The position numbers and the translations under genes are program-made. The notes below the pieces were generated by a model, which saw nothing but the letters and a program-made list of their open reading frames with translations, was not told the DNA's origin and made no database searches. 64,000 nt of DNA. Origin: Octopus sinensis (taxonomy: Eukaryota). The stretch spans positions 94,116,001 through 94,180,000 of the forward strand of contig NC_043004.1 of NCBI RefSeq assembly GCF_006345805.1, in the 5' to 3' direction. Positions 26,975-39,839 of the stretch are shown here, piece by piece. How positions within the stretch are numbered: position 1 is the first letter of the stretch; every line of letters begins with the position of its first letter.

Positions 26975-29280
26975 ATTTCTTTATTACCCTCCAGGGCTCA
27001 CACAAAAACGAGGACAATGTTATAGAAAGTAGAGACGCGTTTTATGTGTAAACAAAAACAAACATGGAAAGAATAAAATTTCTACGAAGAAAAATTCCCT
27101 AAAAGCTGGGAGACCACCGAGGGCTTTTTCGTAGAAACCCCACAAAAGCCACTGTCACTCTGACCTCGAAGGCAAGTGCCCTCTCTCTGTCGTCCTTCTC
27201 CAATCTACAGGTACATGCTCAGAGCAGTCCTGTTCACTCAGACCATGCTCGGTATTCTCAGCCACTTTTCAAAGAATTTGTTGTAAAGCAGCACTTCCCC
27301 ATCCATTCTCATTTTCCTTTTAAAGTGAAACATTAGGTATAAATATTAAAAATTTGATGAGGGCTCAAACAAGGGCAACGTCTGTCTCCGATTACCTTTC
27401 AATCTCGTCTACTATACGTCCACTTTTGCCAAAGTCAGCACAGATATTGACTGCCTGTTCTTCCCGGTCAAAAGAAGAACAGTCTTCGCCATGGACTCGA
27501 CTGATACCAAGATCTGTTTTACATGTGGCTGCAGATTTTAGATGTAACTTCATCTGTCAGCAATATTAAAATATTGGATGAAAGCGTGCAGAAAGGATTC
27601 ATCGCTTTGTCATCTCGAAGGGGTCCTGCTGATAGCACTTCTGCGTGTAGAGTTTATCACAGAGTGACTATGCCCATTGGTGACACTGCCAAGCCAAGGG
27701 TTTCTAGAAATTGCCAATAATCTGCCCCGAAAGTTCTTTCAGTGGACTTTCATCGACTTTTCTCCACCACTATTTCTCTACAGAATTCCAATGTAGGATT
27801 TCCAGCATTCGCATAGCCCGATTATTAAATGGATGTGAGTACGTAATGACTTTCCAGATATGATGTGTCCTGTCTCAGCCTTCGGCTAACTCAGGATTGT
27901 AGCTCTGTCAAAGAGACGAGCTAGAGGAAAGCTAGTTTGACAAACGGCAAACTCGCCGAAGCCAAAGAATTGCTGGATATTCTTTAGTGTAACCTCAGTG
28001 CATATCTGCGTATCACGAGCCACGACATGCTCAGACTCCTATGTAGCAAGAATTTTCTGCTTAATAGAATGGGTCCCTTTCACAAGAATTGAAACAGCAG
28101 ACAATCCAGTCAGATCACAGACCGCATAAAGTTTGAGGCAGTGATAATATAGGCGTTCGCTATATCAACTTTTCTGAAATGGTTTCCTCTTAGCTCGTCA
28201 CCTCGTCACAGTTCTTGACCAACAAGCCGGTCTTTCAAGTCTTTGATAACACTTAGGCTAAAATCTTAAAATATGTGTTTAGCAGGACTATGAATCAAAA
28301 ATCGTTAATGTGACTTCCCTTGTTTGGGAATTTTCTCTGAATTGCTCCACGATCCAACGAACCAAGAATGTTCTGGTTCTGCTGTTAGTTGGGAGACTCA
28401 TATGCCAAGAGGTCACCAAACAAGTTTGGTTATAAAAACAAAGTTCGTAGAGTAGATTATCCAAACCAGGCGATTTTCCCCTCATCTTTCCTATATTTGC
28501 GTAGCTGATATCGGAGTTTCACAACATTCCGCCTCCATTGCCATGACCCGTAATATGCGTCGAGATGGGCATTGAGGTCTATCTTGCGATACGACCCAGC
28601 ACGAACTCCGAACACTCGGGCAAAAATCCGCCCACATTTCCTTTGAATTGAGTAGTGCGCCTATCCTGGTCCATTAGAGACCGAATGAAACAAGGGCCAA
28701 TCTCTCCTCAAGTACGTGGTTACGATGCATTTCCTAAACGCCTCCTCAGTTTGTAACTAGTTCTGCCTCTAACTTTTTTCTCAATCGCTACTTCCCTACA
28801 AGACCTTCTCGATTCTACTCTAATCGCCCTTTTTAGGGCGAACCTTCATTTGTTGCCGACTGTTACCCTTGCCAACACTCGTTTAACTAATTCTCTACTC
28901 AGGTCTCCGTAAGCTTAGGGTGGAGGCAACGACCTGTTTGATTTCCAGTTACCAACGGTAGCTGCACAGATCACAAACTTGTGGTTTGTATAGCTGACAA
29001 CTTCGAATTGTAGTCAACCTACGCTATCACTGTTTACTGGCTTAAAAAACACCCTGTCTAAATGCAATCTGAATGACCCGATACAGTCTGTTCATGTTCA
29101 TGCTGTCACTCTCGGAGAAATTCAGTCGGTACCTGGCAGTTGGAACCATCTGAACAGGTTTGCAAGCATTTGCACCCACTCTTCTACTATGCAAAACATA
29201 CACTGGCTCACTTTGCATTCAAGATGGCGTTCCAATCACTCACTAGTTCATCAGATGTCAATACTATTCTCCTGTAGTAA
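26975..29280 (-). mobile_element. Heavily decayed Tx1/L1-clade LINE ORF2 plus 3' UTR
   Basis: GKSPGLDNLLYEL; endonuclease-end remnant (LDRVF) near 29050; C-terminus EKWLRIPSMV..TALSMYL-stop; tail AGCCCTGGAGGGTAATAAAGAAA. Confidence 0.72.
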
Positions 29281-29340
29281 GTTTTCAAAATGCTGTAACT
29301 CATTAAGTACCTGGTTCATATCTTTAGTTTTACTTTGCAG

Positions 29341-29568
29341 CTTATTTCTTTACATGATCTGAAGCCCTTGATCAAACGCAGACCAAGGTTGAGCACTTGG
29401 CAGCTGTAGTGTTGCTTAGTGCTCTCAATCAGCCAGCAGTTGGTAATATCACCGAAGCATTAACACTTGCAGTATATAAGGAGTTAGTTGAGAATATGAG
29501 TGTCTTTGAATTTAATGACACTAAAATGAGCAACGTTCTCATGAGGGCTTTTATATCGAAGATGATGG
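29341..29568 (+). CDS. Candidate coding exon (228 bp, phase 1-1) with an in-frame TGA, or 204 bp if the AG at 29363-29364 is the acceptor
   Basis: TTTTACTTTGCAG acceptor, G|GTAATT donor; frame YFFT*SEALDQTQTKVEHLAAVVLLSALNQPAVGNITEALTLAVYKELVENMSVFEFNDTKMSNVLMRAFISKMM. Confidence 0.45.
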
Positions 29569-29807
29569 GTAATTTTGAAACCTTCTTGATCTCACAGTGC
29601 TGCTACCTTGGATTATTATCAGTTGGAAATAAATTCTAGGGGTAGGGTAATGTCGTCGGTCTGACATACTCGAAAAGCAAGGAAAGCGACAATTGTGCTC
29701 TCCTTTCGTTCGTTCAATATGTACGTGAAATGACGTTGGGCAGTGGTTGATACAAAACGGCTTTGGTATCATTGAGTTTATTGTGAAGATTGCACCTCAG
29801 CTTTCTT

Positions 29808-29972
29808 AGGAGTGGTTGTGTGGTAATTAGCTTGTTTATGAACCACATGGTTCCGGGTTCAGTCCCACTGTGTGGCACCTTAGGCAAGTGTCTTCTTCTA
29901 TAGCCTCGGGCCGACCAAAGCCTTGTGAGTGGATTTGGTTGACGGAAACTGAAAGAAGACCGTCGTATATAT

Positions 29973-30025
<53 letters not shown>

Positions 30026-30242
30026 ATGTGTATATGTTTGTGTGTCTTTGTCCCCCCAACATCGCTTGACAATCGATGCTGGTGTGTTTACGTCCCCGTA
30101 ACTTAGCGGTTCGGCAAAAGAGATCGATAGAATAAGTACTAGGCTTACAAAGAACAAGTCCTGAGGTCGATTTGCTCGACTAAAGGCGGTGCTCCAGCAT
30201 GGCCACAGTCGAATGACTGAAACAAGTAAAGAGTAAAGAGTA
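29808..30242 (+). mobile_element. SINE family B
   Basis: Matches 16754-17214. Confidence 0.92.
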
Positions 30243-30624
30243 ATTATGAGAAAATAGGTAGATGCTTGAAAGAGCTGAGGACAGAATTTTTCATTTTCAC
30301 CGGAAACCTCATAAACTACGTCAAGTACCACTTAGCACAAACTATCACAAGTGGCTTAGGTGAGTGGACCGACCCTTTAATTTCGATTAAGGGTCGTGTT
30401 AAAAATCCCCTGATGATGGTTTCTTAGTTCCATGATGTTTCCCGAGTTGCAATCCTATAGTTTTGTATGTGTGTGTTTATGTACATGTATGCATACAAAC
30501 ATACATACAGACAGACAGACATGCATGCATGCATGCATACATACATACATACGTACATACGTACATACGTACATACATACATACATACATACATACATAC
30601 ATACTTACATACATACATACATGC

Positions 30625-31442
30625 ATGTAGACATATCTAAACATAACACTTTGAGTGCTATGCGTTTGAAATCCAGGTACAGGAGATTGCTAAAGAGTAC
30701 CCGGAGAACAAGAGAGACGCTCTTGTAATCCCAAGGTGCAACCGCATGTGTAGCCTATGTCATGTTTCAGTGGAAGACATCATGCATGTGAGTAGCAGCT
30801 ATCCTAAAATGCCGTCATGGTACTACCTTCCGATGCGGCACGATTTTGTTGCAAAAACAATTTAGAATGCTATCCGCAAACAAGATTGTCCTGAAATAAA
30901 CTTAGAAAATCCCTCTATTATGGAAAACATTCATAAACACCAACTCAAGGAATACTGGTAGACTAGTTCCATCAAATCTTCTGTCAAATGTAAACATTAC
31001 AGACCGGATATTGTTGTTTGGGACAGAGGGGCAAAGGTATGTACTGTCATAGAGGTCAGCTGCCCTGCAGATATAAATATCTCTGAAAATCAAAGAAAAA
31101 CAGAATATCTATGAACAGCTGCATCGAAACCTTCAGCTGCTATATCCAGATTATGAATTCATATTCATACCAATAATAATTGGGGCACTAGGTTTTGTTA
31201 GTAAATACTTAAAGGAGAATCTGGATAAACTGGGATTTTCAGAAAGAGAAATCGACCGGCTAATTCGTACATTACAAGTGCAATCTGTGAGTGGAACAGT
31301 AAAAATATGCTAGACTTTCTTCAAGTTCTAAATGTGAATTTGTCTGTGTTAACTACATCCCAAAGATGTAGCCTTGTACTTTTTTTGGAAACTGACTTCT
31401 TCCTTAGTGGAAGATTTATAATAATTAAAAAATAGAAGAGCC
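30625..31442 (+). mobile_element. 3' fragment of an RLE-encoding non-LTR element (R4/Dong-like) inside (TACA)n
   Basis: CxxC...HV, MRHDFVAK, RPDIVVWD, IEVSCP and IPIIIGALG motifs. Confidence 0.82.
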
Positions 31443-32548
31443 ATACATACATACATTCATACATACATACATACATACATACATACATACATACATACAT
31501 ACATACACACATGCATGCATGCATGCATAGATACATATATACATACATACATACATGCATGCATACATACAAACATACATACATACATACATACATACAT
31601 ACATACATACATACATACATACATGTGTGTGTATACCTGAATGTATACATACAAGCATACATATATACAAACACAGACATACATATATACACATATGCAT
31701 ATATATGTTCCGATATATGTATGCAGGAGTTTGATTACATTATGTACATGCATGAATAATTTTTTTAATTTAGTTTGAACATTGGAATTATGTCATTTAA
31801 ACTTCGATGATTTTCGTAGATGGGTAAATGTTTTGTCTCCGCTCTGTATTGAAATATTTTGCATTAATGTTACCTTGTAGCAACATCATTACAAACATCA
31901 TTATAGCATATTTTACATGCACGGCCATAATTTAATCACGAGCGGGAATGATTTCAAAGAACCAATTCGAACGACTTTGAAGCGAAATCTATCTCCTTGC
32001 ATTGTCTTTCTCATGATATTTTTTTATCGTTCTTCTTCTCCTTCGTTCTTTTTCTACGTTTTTTTTTTCATTTCTTTTCATTTGTATCAGCGTTTTATTT
32101 AAGAATCCGTTAACAATTGTTTATATACAATAGAACTACCCTACTTAACAAAATGCTAACAATGTTTGTTTTTGTTTGAGAAAAATTCAAATGTTTCCTA
32201 ACGACACCCATACATAATGTTTACTAATGTTTCTAGTGTCTTTGTCTATCTTTTTTGACTAATGAAACATCAAAGTCTATTCTTTAACTACTAAAGATTA
32301 ATTGGAACAGATTTCATTCAGTCCCAGCCGATGTTATCAGACATATTGTGATGATAATTGACTTATTTCTAACTTTTAGTTTCTCACATTAACACATAGA
32401 CAAATGGGTTGGGCGTAAAACGTACAACCATCTGGATCGACACCTGTATATTACTGTTACTCTGTTTTATCGAGTAATAAATGTAAGTCAAGGTGAGTTC
32501 ATCGCCCATCAGAATTAAATTCAGAAACTGAAGATCTTAATGTCCGTT

Positions 32549-32815
32549 TCAAGCTGTATTATAGATCTTAGAAGGTTCCATTAGCACATCAGTTGTATTT
32601 ATGAGATTTGGTTGCTTGCTCTTTCTCTCCTCGCTCACTTCTTTCCTAACGCTGTTATTTGGTCCACTACAGCCCTCCCACAGTGCAATAGAGTCCATTT
32701 CGTCAGACAAAGAAGACTCTCGCCTGTGCTTGGCTGACATTTTATCGATCGACTTCGAAAGAAAAAAACGCAAAGTGGACATTAGCTCACAGAGTGTAGA
32801 ATGCCACAGCATATA
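32549..32815 (-). CDS. Candidate terminal coding exon (88 aa plus stop) of a minus-strand host gene
   Basis: TGTGTTGCAG acceptor; YMLWHSTLCELMSTLRFFLSKSIDKMSAKHRRESSLSDEMDSIALWEGCSGPNNSVRKEVSEERKSKQPNLINTTDVLMEPSKIYNTA-stop; unique non-repeat composition. Confidence 0.5.
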   Translation of the reverse strand, partial: YMLWHSTLCELMSTLRFFLSKSIDKMSAKHRRESSLSDEMDSIALWEGCSGPNNSVRKEVSEERKSKQPNLINTTDVLMEPSKIYNTA

Positions 32816-32856
32816 CTGCAACACAGTAACGACTCTATTAATTCGCCATCTTACAG

Positions 32857-33093
32857 TTTCTTATTTCTTTGTTGCCCACAAGGGGCTAAACATAGAGGGG
32901 ACAAACAAGGACAGACAAACGGATTAAGTCGATTAGATCGACCCCAGTGCGTAACTGGTACTTAATTTATCGACCCCGAAAGGATGAAAGGCAAAGTTGA
33001 CCTCGGCGGAATTTGAACTCACAACGTAAAGGCAGACGAAATACCGCCAAGCATATCGCCCGGTGTGCTAACGTTTCTGCCAACTCGCCGCCT
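32857..33093 (-). mobile_element. SINE family C
   Basis: Reverse complement of family C. Confidence 0.92.
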
Positions 33094-33499
33094 TTCTAGG
33101 TTTTGTTAGTAAATACTAGGTTAGATCTTACAGTTTCTGTCATACTTCAGTCTTTTTTCTTGCTGTTGCCTTATTTTTAAAAGTAAATAACGCATTATTA
33201 CTTCAGAACACACACGACATAATTTATCGCTATTTATCCCCGGTAATTATTTCTATCGACTTTGGAGGCAATATGAGTGGTAAAAGCAAATTCTGATAAA
33301 ATTTCATCCCGAACATAAATATACGTGACTAAATATAAGAGACGTGTTGAAAATAAGAATGCACACTAGATCGTAAATAAATACTAGAAGGTCTTTAATC
33401 TGCTGATCTATCGTTTACATCACTCTACCAATCAGGTGATAATAATCTTTCTAAAACATGTAGAAAGCCACATCTTTTGCAAAAGATACATACTTCTAT

Positions 33500-33663
33500 T
33501 TCTACCACTTCATCCACCTATCTCTGCCCACAATTCTGGGAGGTTCATGTGAACATCCGCCATAGGGTTCTATCAGATGTAGCCGTGATTAGACTTTCCG
33601 GTTGAATTCCCAAGCGTGATCAACTGAGATTATGGATATTATCCGACCATCTTATTCTTGGTC
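33500..33663 (-). mobile_element. RTE-clade LINE C-terminal remnant
   Basis: RPRIRWSDNI..LGIQPESL..SDRTLWR. Confidence 0.68.
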
Positions 33664-33668
33664 TACTT

Positions 33669-34210
33669 CTAGAAACTGCAGTCCGTGCGTATCACTTAGG
33701 TTGACGAGAGAAGGATGACCTCCCTTTGCAAATACTTTAGGGCACAGAAAGTGTGCCTAAAGCCAGCTGGAGGAGAGGTTCTCCTAGGGCTACAAGCTAC
33801 AGTAACACCCACCTTTATTGGTCAGCCATATTGAGATGGCAAATATACCTAACATTGTCGTGCAGTTACTGTTTATACCTCGTTCAGAGATTTATTATTG
33901 CTTGTATATAGTTTTTCGAGATCAGTGACGAAAAGTTACTGGAAAAATTATATAAGTATTTGCATTGGAACCCCTTTCATCGAAAACCAGTGATTGTCGT
34001 ACGCTGATGACAGGTCAATACCTAGAAACTGCAGTCCGTGCGTATCACTTAGGTTGACGAGGGAAGGATGACCTCCCTTTGCAAATACCTTAGAGCACAG
34101 AAAGTGTGCCTCAAGCCAGCTGGAGACGATGTTCTCCTGGGGCTACAAGCTACAGTGACACCCACCCTTAGTGGTTAGCCATATTGAATGGCAAATATAC
34201 CTCACATATT
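33669..34210 (+). mobile_element. Retrozyme-like tandem repeat, 353-bp unit, about 1.5 copies
   Basis: CTAGAAACTGCAGTCCGTGCGTATCACTTAGG at 33669 and 34022; a complete HHR spans the junction. Confidence 0.78.
33998..34042 (+). ncRNA. Minimal type-I hammerhead ribozyme, canonical CUGAUGA/GAAA core, GUC site at 34036
   Basis: CGTACG-CTGATGA-C-AGG[TCAATA]CCT-A-GAAA-CTGCAG-TC-CGTGCG; 6-bp helix I, palindromic helix III. Confidence 0.8.
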
Positions 34211-34565
34211 TGGTTATTATTCTACCATAAATGCCCAAGGACATTATTTGTTCATATGAGGCTTCTATTCATGTTTTCAACAGTTTAATTTTCAATATTT
34301 CCTAAAAGATCCATTAAGTTCAAAATATTTCAGTTTTTTTATGTCTATATATCTGATAACTGAAACGATAGAAATTCAATGGAATTGTATAAAATATATC
34401 TGGCTTTTCAGAATAACTTTATTTTTTCCTAGGTGAAATATTTTATTTCCATATTACCGCCCATAGTCCCTTATTACAGGCGGGCGGTTATTTAAGCCAA
34501 AAAAATAGTTTTTAAAATAGAATTTTCCGTTTAACAGTCCTGGGCGGATTTTCGGAAAACCCCGG

Positions 34566-34735
34566 TAAGTCGATTACATAGACCTCAGTGCTCAACAGGT
34601 AATAAATTTATCGACCGCGAAAGGATGAAAGGCAAAGTCGACCTCGACGGAATTTGAAATCAGAATGTAAAAGACGGACGAAATGCCGCAAAGCGTTTTG
34701 CCCGGCGCGGTAACGATTCTGCCAGCTCGCCGCCT
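34566..34735 (-). mobile_element. SINE family C fragment
   Basis: Family C core and head. Confidence 0.85.
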
Positions 34736-35146
34736 TACTTTATTTTCGAAATATGAATGAAATATTTTACACAGCAGCAGTTTTACCATCAGCCTATCCA
34801 CTGTGAGAAACCCTGCTCCATTTAGTCGCCATTCTCCATTTTAGTGCGAGTTTTAGTAAAAGAAGAAACCTCAACGCGGTTAAGCATAGCGCTAGCAATA
34901 AGCGATAAATCTCCCTCAACTAACGCATCTAGATTTCATAAAAAGGGATACGTTTACAATTTACTCTTAGATAAAGTATGCCAAAATAGAAAGTGTTGGC
35001 CATGACTAAAACACTTTGATCAAATTATGGGAAAGGTCTAACCGAAACATAAGCAAGTGTACTGTAATCAAGTTGTTTATAGTGACAAAATATTCATAGA
35101 TTCAACAGCTAGGTGGACATATTTTCCATGCTCACATTTATATACA

Positions 35147-35247
<101 letters not shown>

Positions 35248-35264
35248 AATACATATATATATAT

Positions 35265-35295
<31 letters not shown>

Positions 35296-35639
35296 GTATA
35301 TGTATGTATGTAAGGTTCAAATGAAACAGAGAACGGACACTGAAATAATTATTATAAAGCTTTATAATAAAACTGAAATATCCATATATCCAACCAATTT
35401 CATGACTTTGTAATTAACATTAACGATGTTATAATTTAATAGTTTCATAACTATGCGTTTTTGATGAAGTTACAATTTCCAGAACAGATGTTATTGACAG
35501 TGACATGAGAGATAAATGAGATATCAAACGGTTTTGAATTAATACTAGTGGATGCAAATTAATTAAATGATTAATTATGTATATTCAAGCGTGATCGATA
35601 GTTTTCAATAAGCGTCGTATATTCGTTATATTGCCGTCA

Positions 35640-36064
35640 AATTTTAGCACAAAGCCAGCAATTTCAGGGGTGGCATAAGTCGATTACATCGACCCCAGTA
35701 TTTTCAATTGTTACATATTTTATCAACCCCGCAGGATGAAAGGCAAAGTCGCCCTCGGCAGAATTTGAACTCAGAGTATAAAGATGGACGACATACCGCT
35801 AAGCATTTTACCCGGCGTGCTAACGATTTCACCAGCTCATCAGCTCTTTATAGTATACTCTTACTTAAGCTGGGGGAATCGTTAGCGCGTAGCACAAAAC
35901 AAAGAGAAATGCTTAGCGGCATTTCTTTTGTCTTTAAGTTCTGAGTTCAAAGTCTGCTGCGCCTGACTTTACTTTTCGTCCTTCCGGGATCGATAAAATA
36001 GGAACCAGTTCAGCACTGACTTTCCCATCCTTGAAACTTGCTGGCCTTATACCAAAATAAGAAA
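35640..36064. mobile_element. Two older family C-related SINEs, head to head (35640-35842 on -, 35868-36064 on +)
   Basis: Diverged core and B-box motifs. Confidence 0.72.
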
Positions 36065-36080
36065 GGATATTACCTTCTTA

Positions 36081-36929
36081 AGGCGGCGAGCTGGCAGAAA
36101 CGTTAGCACGCCGGGCGAAATGCTTAGCGGTATTGCGTCTGTCGTTGCGTTCTGAGTTCAAATTCCGCCGAGGTCGACTTTGCCTTTCATCCTTTCGGGG
36201 TCGATAAATTAAGAACCAGTTACGCACTGTGGTTGATGTAATCGACTTAATACCTATGTCTGTCCTTGTTTGTCCCCTCTGTGTTTAGCCCCTTGTGGGT
36301 AATAAAGAAATAGGTATTTCGTCTGCCGCTACGTTCTGAGTTCAAATTCCGCCGAGGTCGACTTTGCCTTTCATCCTTTCGGGGTCGATAAATTAAGAAC
36401 CAGTTACGCACTGTGGTCGATGTAATCGACTTAATACCTATGTCTGTCCTTGTTTGTCCCCTCTGTGTTTAGCCCCTTGTGGGTAATAAAGAAATAGGTA
36501 TTGCGTCTGTCGTTGCGTTCTGAGTTCAAATTCCGCCGAGGTCGACTTTGCCTTTCATCCTTTCGGGGTCGATAAATTAAGTACCAGTTACGCAATGGGG
36601 TTGATGTAATCGACTTAATCCGTTTGTCTGTCCTTGTTTGTCCTCTCTATCTTTAGCCCCTTGTGGGCAATAAAGAAACGGGTATATGTATTTATCGAAG
36701 GCGGCGAGCTGGCAGAAACGTTAGCACGCCTGGCGAAATGCTTAGCGGTATTTCGTCTGTCGTTACGTTGTGAGTTCAAATTCCGCCGAGGTCGACTTTG
36801 CCTTTCATCCTTTCGGGGTCGATAAATTAAGAACCAGTTACGCACTGTGGTCGATGTAATCGACTTAATACCTATGTCTGTCCTTGTTTGTCCCCTCTGT
36901 GTTTAGCCCCTTGTGGGTAATAAAGAAAC
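36081..36929 (+). mobile_element. SINE family C array: head plus three 184-bp bodies, then a separate full copy
   Basis: Bodies begin at 36129, 36313 and 36497; the fourth copy from about 36698 is flanked by duplicated CGGGTATATGTATTTATCG. Confidence 0.93.
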
Positions 36930-37034
36930 GGGTATATGTATTTATCGTCCATTAAGTTATTTGTCTGTAGCTGAGCAATTGCGTTCACTCTCCATGCAGT
37001 ATCATTCAGGAAAATTTACCCTATATATATATAA

Positions 37035-37361
37035 AGACTCCCTTCGGTCATGAATGACCGTGGGATTACACCTAGAAAGTTCCTCTCCGAGGCACAAGTC
37101 TGGGTAAAGTTGTTTATGGATAAGCAGCAGTTGCTCATGCTTATAATCTCCCCTCTCCATGCCACAGATGTTATTCAAGAGAAAGGCAAAGGCTGATACA
37201 GCTTGGCACCTGTGACGTCGCAACCCATTTCTACAGCTGAGTGAACTGGAGCAACGTGAAATAAGGTGTCTTGTTCAAGAGCACAATACACAGCCCGGAC
37301 CGGGAATCGAACTCATGACTGCCTCATGATTGTGAGCCCGACGCTCTAACCACTGAGCCAT
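37035..37361 (-). mobile_element. tRNA-derived SINE with CORE-like middle and a distinct tail
   Basis: TGGCTCAGTGGTTAGAGC A-box, GAGTTCGATTCCC B-box, CTTGAACAAGACACC. Confidence 0.82.
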
Positions 37362-37608
37362 ACTCTTTTACTCTTTTACTTGTTTCAGTCATTTGACTGC
37401 GGCCATGCTGAAGCACCGCCTTTAGTCGAGCAAATTGACCCCAGGAATTATTCTTTGTAAGCCTAGTACTTATTCTATCGGTCTCTTTTGCCGAACCGCT
37501 AACATGCGGGGACGTGAACACACTAGCATCGGTTGTCAAGCAATGCTGGGAGGACAAACACAGGCACACATACACACACACACACACCACACACACACAC
37601 ACACACAT

Positions 37609-37643
<35 letters not shown>

Positions 37644-37810
37644 CACATATATACGACAGGCTTCTTTCAGTTTCCGTCTACCAAATCCACTCACAAGGCT
37701 TTGGTCGGCCTAAGACTATAGCAGAAGACACTTTCCCAAGGTGCCACGCAGTGGGACTGAACTGAGAAGCATGTGGTTCGTAAGAAAGCTACTTACCACA
37801 CAGCCACTCC
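37362..37810 (-). mobile_element. SINE family B
   Basis: Reverse complement of family B. Confidence 0.92.
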
Positions 37811-37833
37811 TATATATATCTATATCTATATAA

Positions 37834-37893
<60 letters not shown>

Positions 37894-37933
37894 CTCTCGC
37901 CCTCTCTATTTCCCCCCTCTCTCTCTCTATATA

Positions 37934-37968
<35 letters not shown>

Positions 37969-38089
37969 TCATTTCTATTCTGAAATAATGAACCAAATTT
38001 GAAATTCCATCAAGGAACACAGAATCCGAAAATACATTTAACAATTTCAAACCGCATAAATGGAACTGCAAATACTAGCAATTTAAACC

Positions 38090-38400
38090 AACAAAACTAC
38101 AGTAATCGATTTTTAGACCCATCCAGATGAACAAATACCCATTGGAGCCAAGCAAGCAGGAAAAACCAAAAGCAGTGAATTTGTCAAAGACGACAACAGC
38201 GATAAAACAAATCGACGTAATAGCAAACGAATTAAATTTAACTCCAACCGCCCGGAGATCTAGTTACAATGAGATTAAAGATGACATTTCGGTTTTCTGG
38301 AGAAAATTGCTGCTCACAGAAGAATCGTTCGAAAAGAATAATGATGAATCATTTGTTGGCAACAAAAGCAACTATTCTTCACCAAAAAGTAGGTATCAAG
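38090..38400 (+). mobile_element. Penelope-like ORF N-terminal (pre-RT) remnant
   Basis: AVNLSK...LNLTPT...EIKDDISVFWRKLLLTEE...DESFVGNKSN fits the Penelope pre-RT pattern. Confidence 0.6.
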
Positions 38401-39433
38401 CGATGTGTTTGTGGCTATATTTCTTATTTAATCCCTATTTTTGTAATGTTCTGAGTTCAAATTCTTCTGATGGCAATTTTTGCCATTCGGAGTGGAATAA
38501 AACAGATGTCGGTGATTGTTGTGTTATAAGGATGATGATGATGATGATGACGACGACGACGACGACAATGATGATGATGATAACGTAACATAAATGTTGG
38601 GCTGTAGTTTGAAGGAGATTCGACTGCTATTTCTTGTCCGCAGAAAAAACTTTGCAGATGTTTTCCTTGTTGGTAGCAGCCGCGTGTTTGTTTATCCCCA
38701 ACTCAGCTCTGACCCAGCAGAGCTATGAGGAAAAAATAACCAAACAATTTCATCTTTCATTAACCAGGCATAGAACTACATTATACACTGTTCTCTTGTT
38801 TTCTAAAACAGTAGACTGTAACTGTCATTTCTAGCATGTTGAGATACCACATAGAGATCCCTCCCACACCTTTCCAGTGAATTTGATTCAATCTACTGCG
38901 CTCCACCTTTACCGCTCCACTCCTTGCATACGAGTTCGTTAATATATTCACGTAACAAACGAAACGAACATTTGCAATACAAACAATAAAAATTTACATA
39001 TATAATAAGTTAATTAGAAAATAATTAAACGCCAGTTTGAGAAACATTTAAATGCTTCTCCCTACGCCCTTGCATAATGTGTTTTGAATGAACGTGACTG
39101 GCTGACAGTTTAACTAAGTGACTGATTAATTAACATCATTATAAAGATCGTAACCGGTGCGGCAGACGTTTATATCCACCCAACGTGGGTAAACTACAGG
39201 TGTGGCGAACAGCTAAAGTAAATAAAGAATAATTAATTTGTAATATTAATTTCTAAGGCAAGGACCAAGGACAAAAACATACGAAAATGCACAAAAATAG
39301 TTAACTTCATTTAAACATTTATTGTTTGGTGCCAAAATTTTCATCGCAGCAACCGGGACCCGGTTACAGATAGTGTTCCACTGCAACTGGTTTTGGGCGA
39401 AGCTGTTGGTTGACCCTGTCAGTGACCAGGTCG

Positions 39434-39664
39434 CGGAGCTGGCAGAAACGTTAGCGCGCCGGCGAAATGCTTCGCGGTATTTCGGCTGCCGTTACGTTGT
39501 GAGTTCAAATTCCGCCGAGGTCGACTTTGCCTTTCATCCTTTCGGGGTCGATTAAATAAGTACCAGTTACACACTGGGGTCGATATAATCGACTTAATCC
39601 GTTTGTCTGTCCTTGTTTGTCCCCTCTATGTTTAGCCCCTTGTGGGTAGTAAAGAAATAGGTAT
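39434..39664 (+). mobile_element. SINE family C
   Basis: Full family match; ends AAAGAAATAGGTAT. Confidence 0.92.
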
Positions 39665-39839
39665 GTGCGACGAAAATTATGACACTAAATAATGAAATCT
39701 TTTATTCAATTAAGTTTTTGAATGGCCAATATATGTCTACCAGGTTGTTTTCGTTTAGGTTTCAACTCACCATCTTAGATCAGATCAGACAAGTACATCT
39801 TCGAGACTAGAACAATTGTTTCTTTCTGAGTCTAGAGGA

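Noticed and set aside
30370-30440. Hairpin plus CTGATGA
   Set aside because: No correctly placed GAAA or cleavage triplet
36081-36929. CRISPR-like or regular array
   Set aside because: No unique spacers; these are tandem SINE bodies in eukaryotic DNA
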